Virus genome (UHGV): UHGV-1375844
Reading direction: 5' to 3' (one strand)
DNA length: 64,000 nt
Origin: a virus
Position numbers and translations under genes: made by a program. The stretch's first letter is position 1, and every line of letters begins with the position of its first letter. This document shows, one piece after another, positions 63,500 through 64,000 of this stretch. The notes beneath the pieces are model-generated. The model was given only the letters and a program-made list of their open reading frames with translations. It ran no database searches and had not been told where the DNA came from.

Positions 63500-64000
63500 G
63501 GGAGATAAAATCATGGCTTGAATAAATACGGGAAAAGTAGCGATCCCCCTCTTCCCCTTCCCACTTATACCTCCAGTTAAATCTCTGCGTTCCTCTCTCC
63601 TTTAATCGAATCTGTCTTCCCTCCGATAAGGCTCAATACGATGACTACCTCTGTACGTGAAATGGGTGGTTCGTACTCTCTGCCGGCATATGTCTTTTTG
63701 CGCTTCTTGAGGCTGTTCTTCTATGCGTTTTCTTCTGGGTTGTTTTCGTCTCTTTGGGTGTTCTTCTTCTCTGGGTATTGAGTAATGGCAGGTGTGCTTT
63801 CCTCTTCGTTTACTTGCTGAGAAGGAAGTGTGGGGAATGGCAGTAGGGCGCTTTAGTTGTTCTCTGCATATCAAGTAATAGCGTTCCCTGCTTTTCAGGA
63901 CTTTGCGCTCTCTTCAGGGGTAATGGTGGGTAAGTAAGATTGCAACGGCTCCTGTTCTGGTCTGGGTTTGCCCGGGGTTGCATTCTGAGCGCTGTTCTCT
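63500..64000. other. ORF-free pyrimidine-rich (T/C-skewed) region at the window end
   Basis: Strong T+C excess on the plus strand; no RBS-supported ORF; follows iteron array 2. Confidence 0.4.

Noticed and set aside
63602-63874. Minus-strand 90-aa ORF in the pyrimidine-rich terminal region
   Set aside because: Arg/Lys/Glu-rich translation reflecting strand skew; no RBS; region better explained as non-coding

Overview
The window reads as one nearly continuous tailed-phage genome segment (siphovirus-like). About 90% of genes are on the minus strand. Read along the minus strand from high to low coordinates, the order is: an early block of small genes, each with its own promoter (63.1-60.0 kb); a plus-strand AT-rich module (57.2-59.4 kb); a plus-strand SF2 helicase divergent from a tightly coupled operon of two ParB-like proteins, an ABC-type ATPase and a GNAT-fold protein (52.0-55.2 kb); a lambda-like morphogenesis module in lambda gene order (terS, terL, portal, scaffold, major capsid, Ig-like decoration, connector proteins, major tail, G/GT chaperone with a candidate -1 frameshift, tape measure, M, L, K, I, J-like central fibre; 51.6-30.0 kb); a mosaic distal fibre locus with a T5-like L-shaped fibre, two paralogous receptor-binding proteins and a lipoprotein (29.9-22.9 kb); a lysis cassette (22.8-21.3 kb); a ParA-type operon with AT-rich membrane proteins (19.8-17.7 kb); a replication module (DnaB-like helicase, primase, ATP-dependent ligase; 16.7-11.4 kb); a tRNA cluster (9.3-9.8 kb); PhoH, glutaredoxin, a tyrosine integrase and an HTH regulator (7.0-2.8 kb); and a CobT-like VWA protein that runs off the window start. 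Superimposed on this are three families of repeated non-coding elements (a ~20-bp intergenic palindrome in 16 or more copies, a promoter-proximal near-palindrome in 9 copies, and two ~58-bp long palindromes) plus two iteron-like arrays. Candidates for a previously undescribed system are the ParB-ParB-ABC ATPase-GNAT operon, the AT-rich moron at 7.2-8.4 kb, and the membrane-protein pair attached to the ParA operon; none of these can be assigned a function from sequence alone. All protein calls rest on motifs I recognise by eye and on gene order; no database search was run. In the supplied ORF track an initial M can be GTG or TTG, so several starts were re-placed at internal ATGs with a Shine-Dalgarno sequence.
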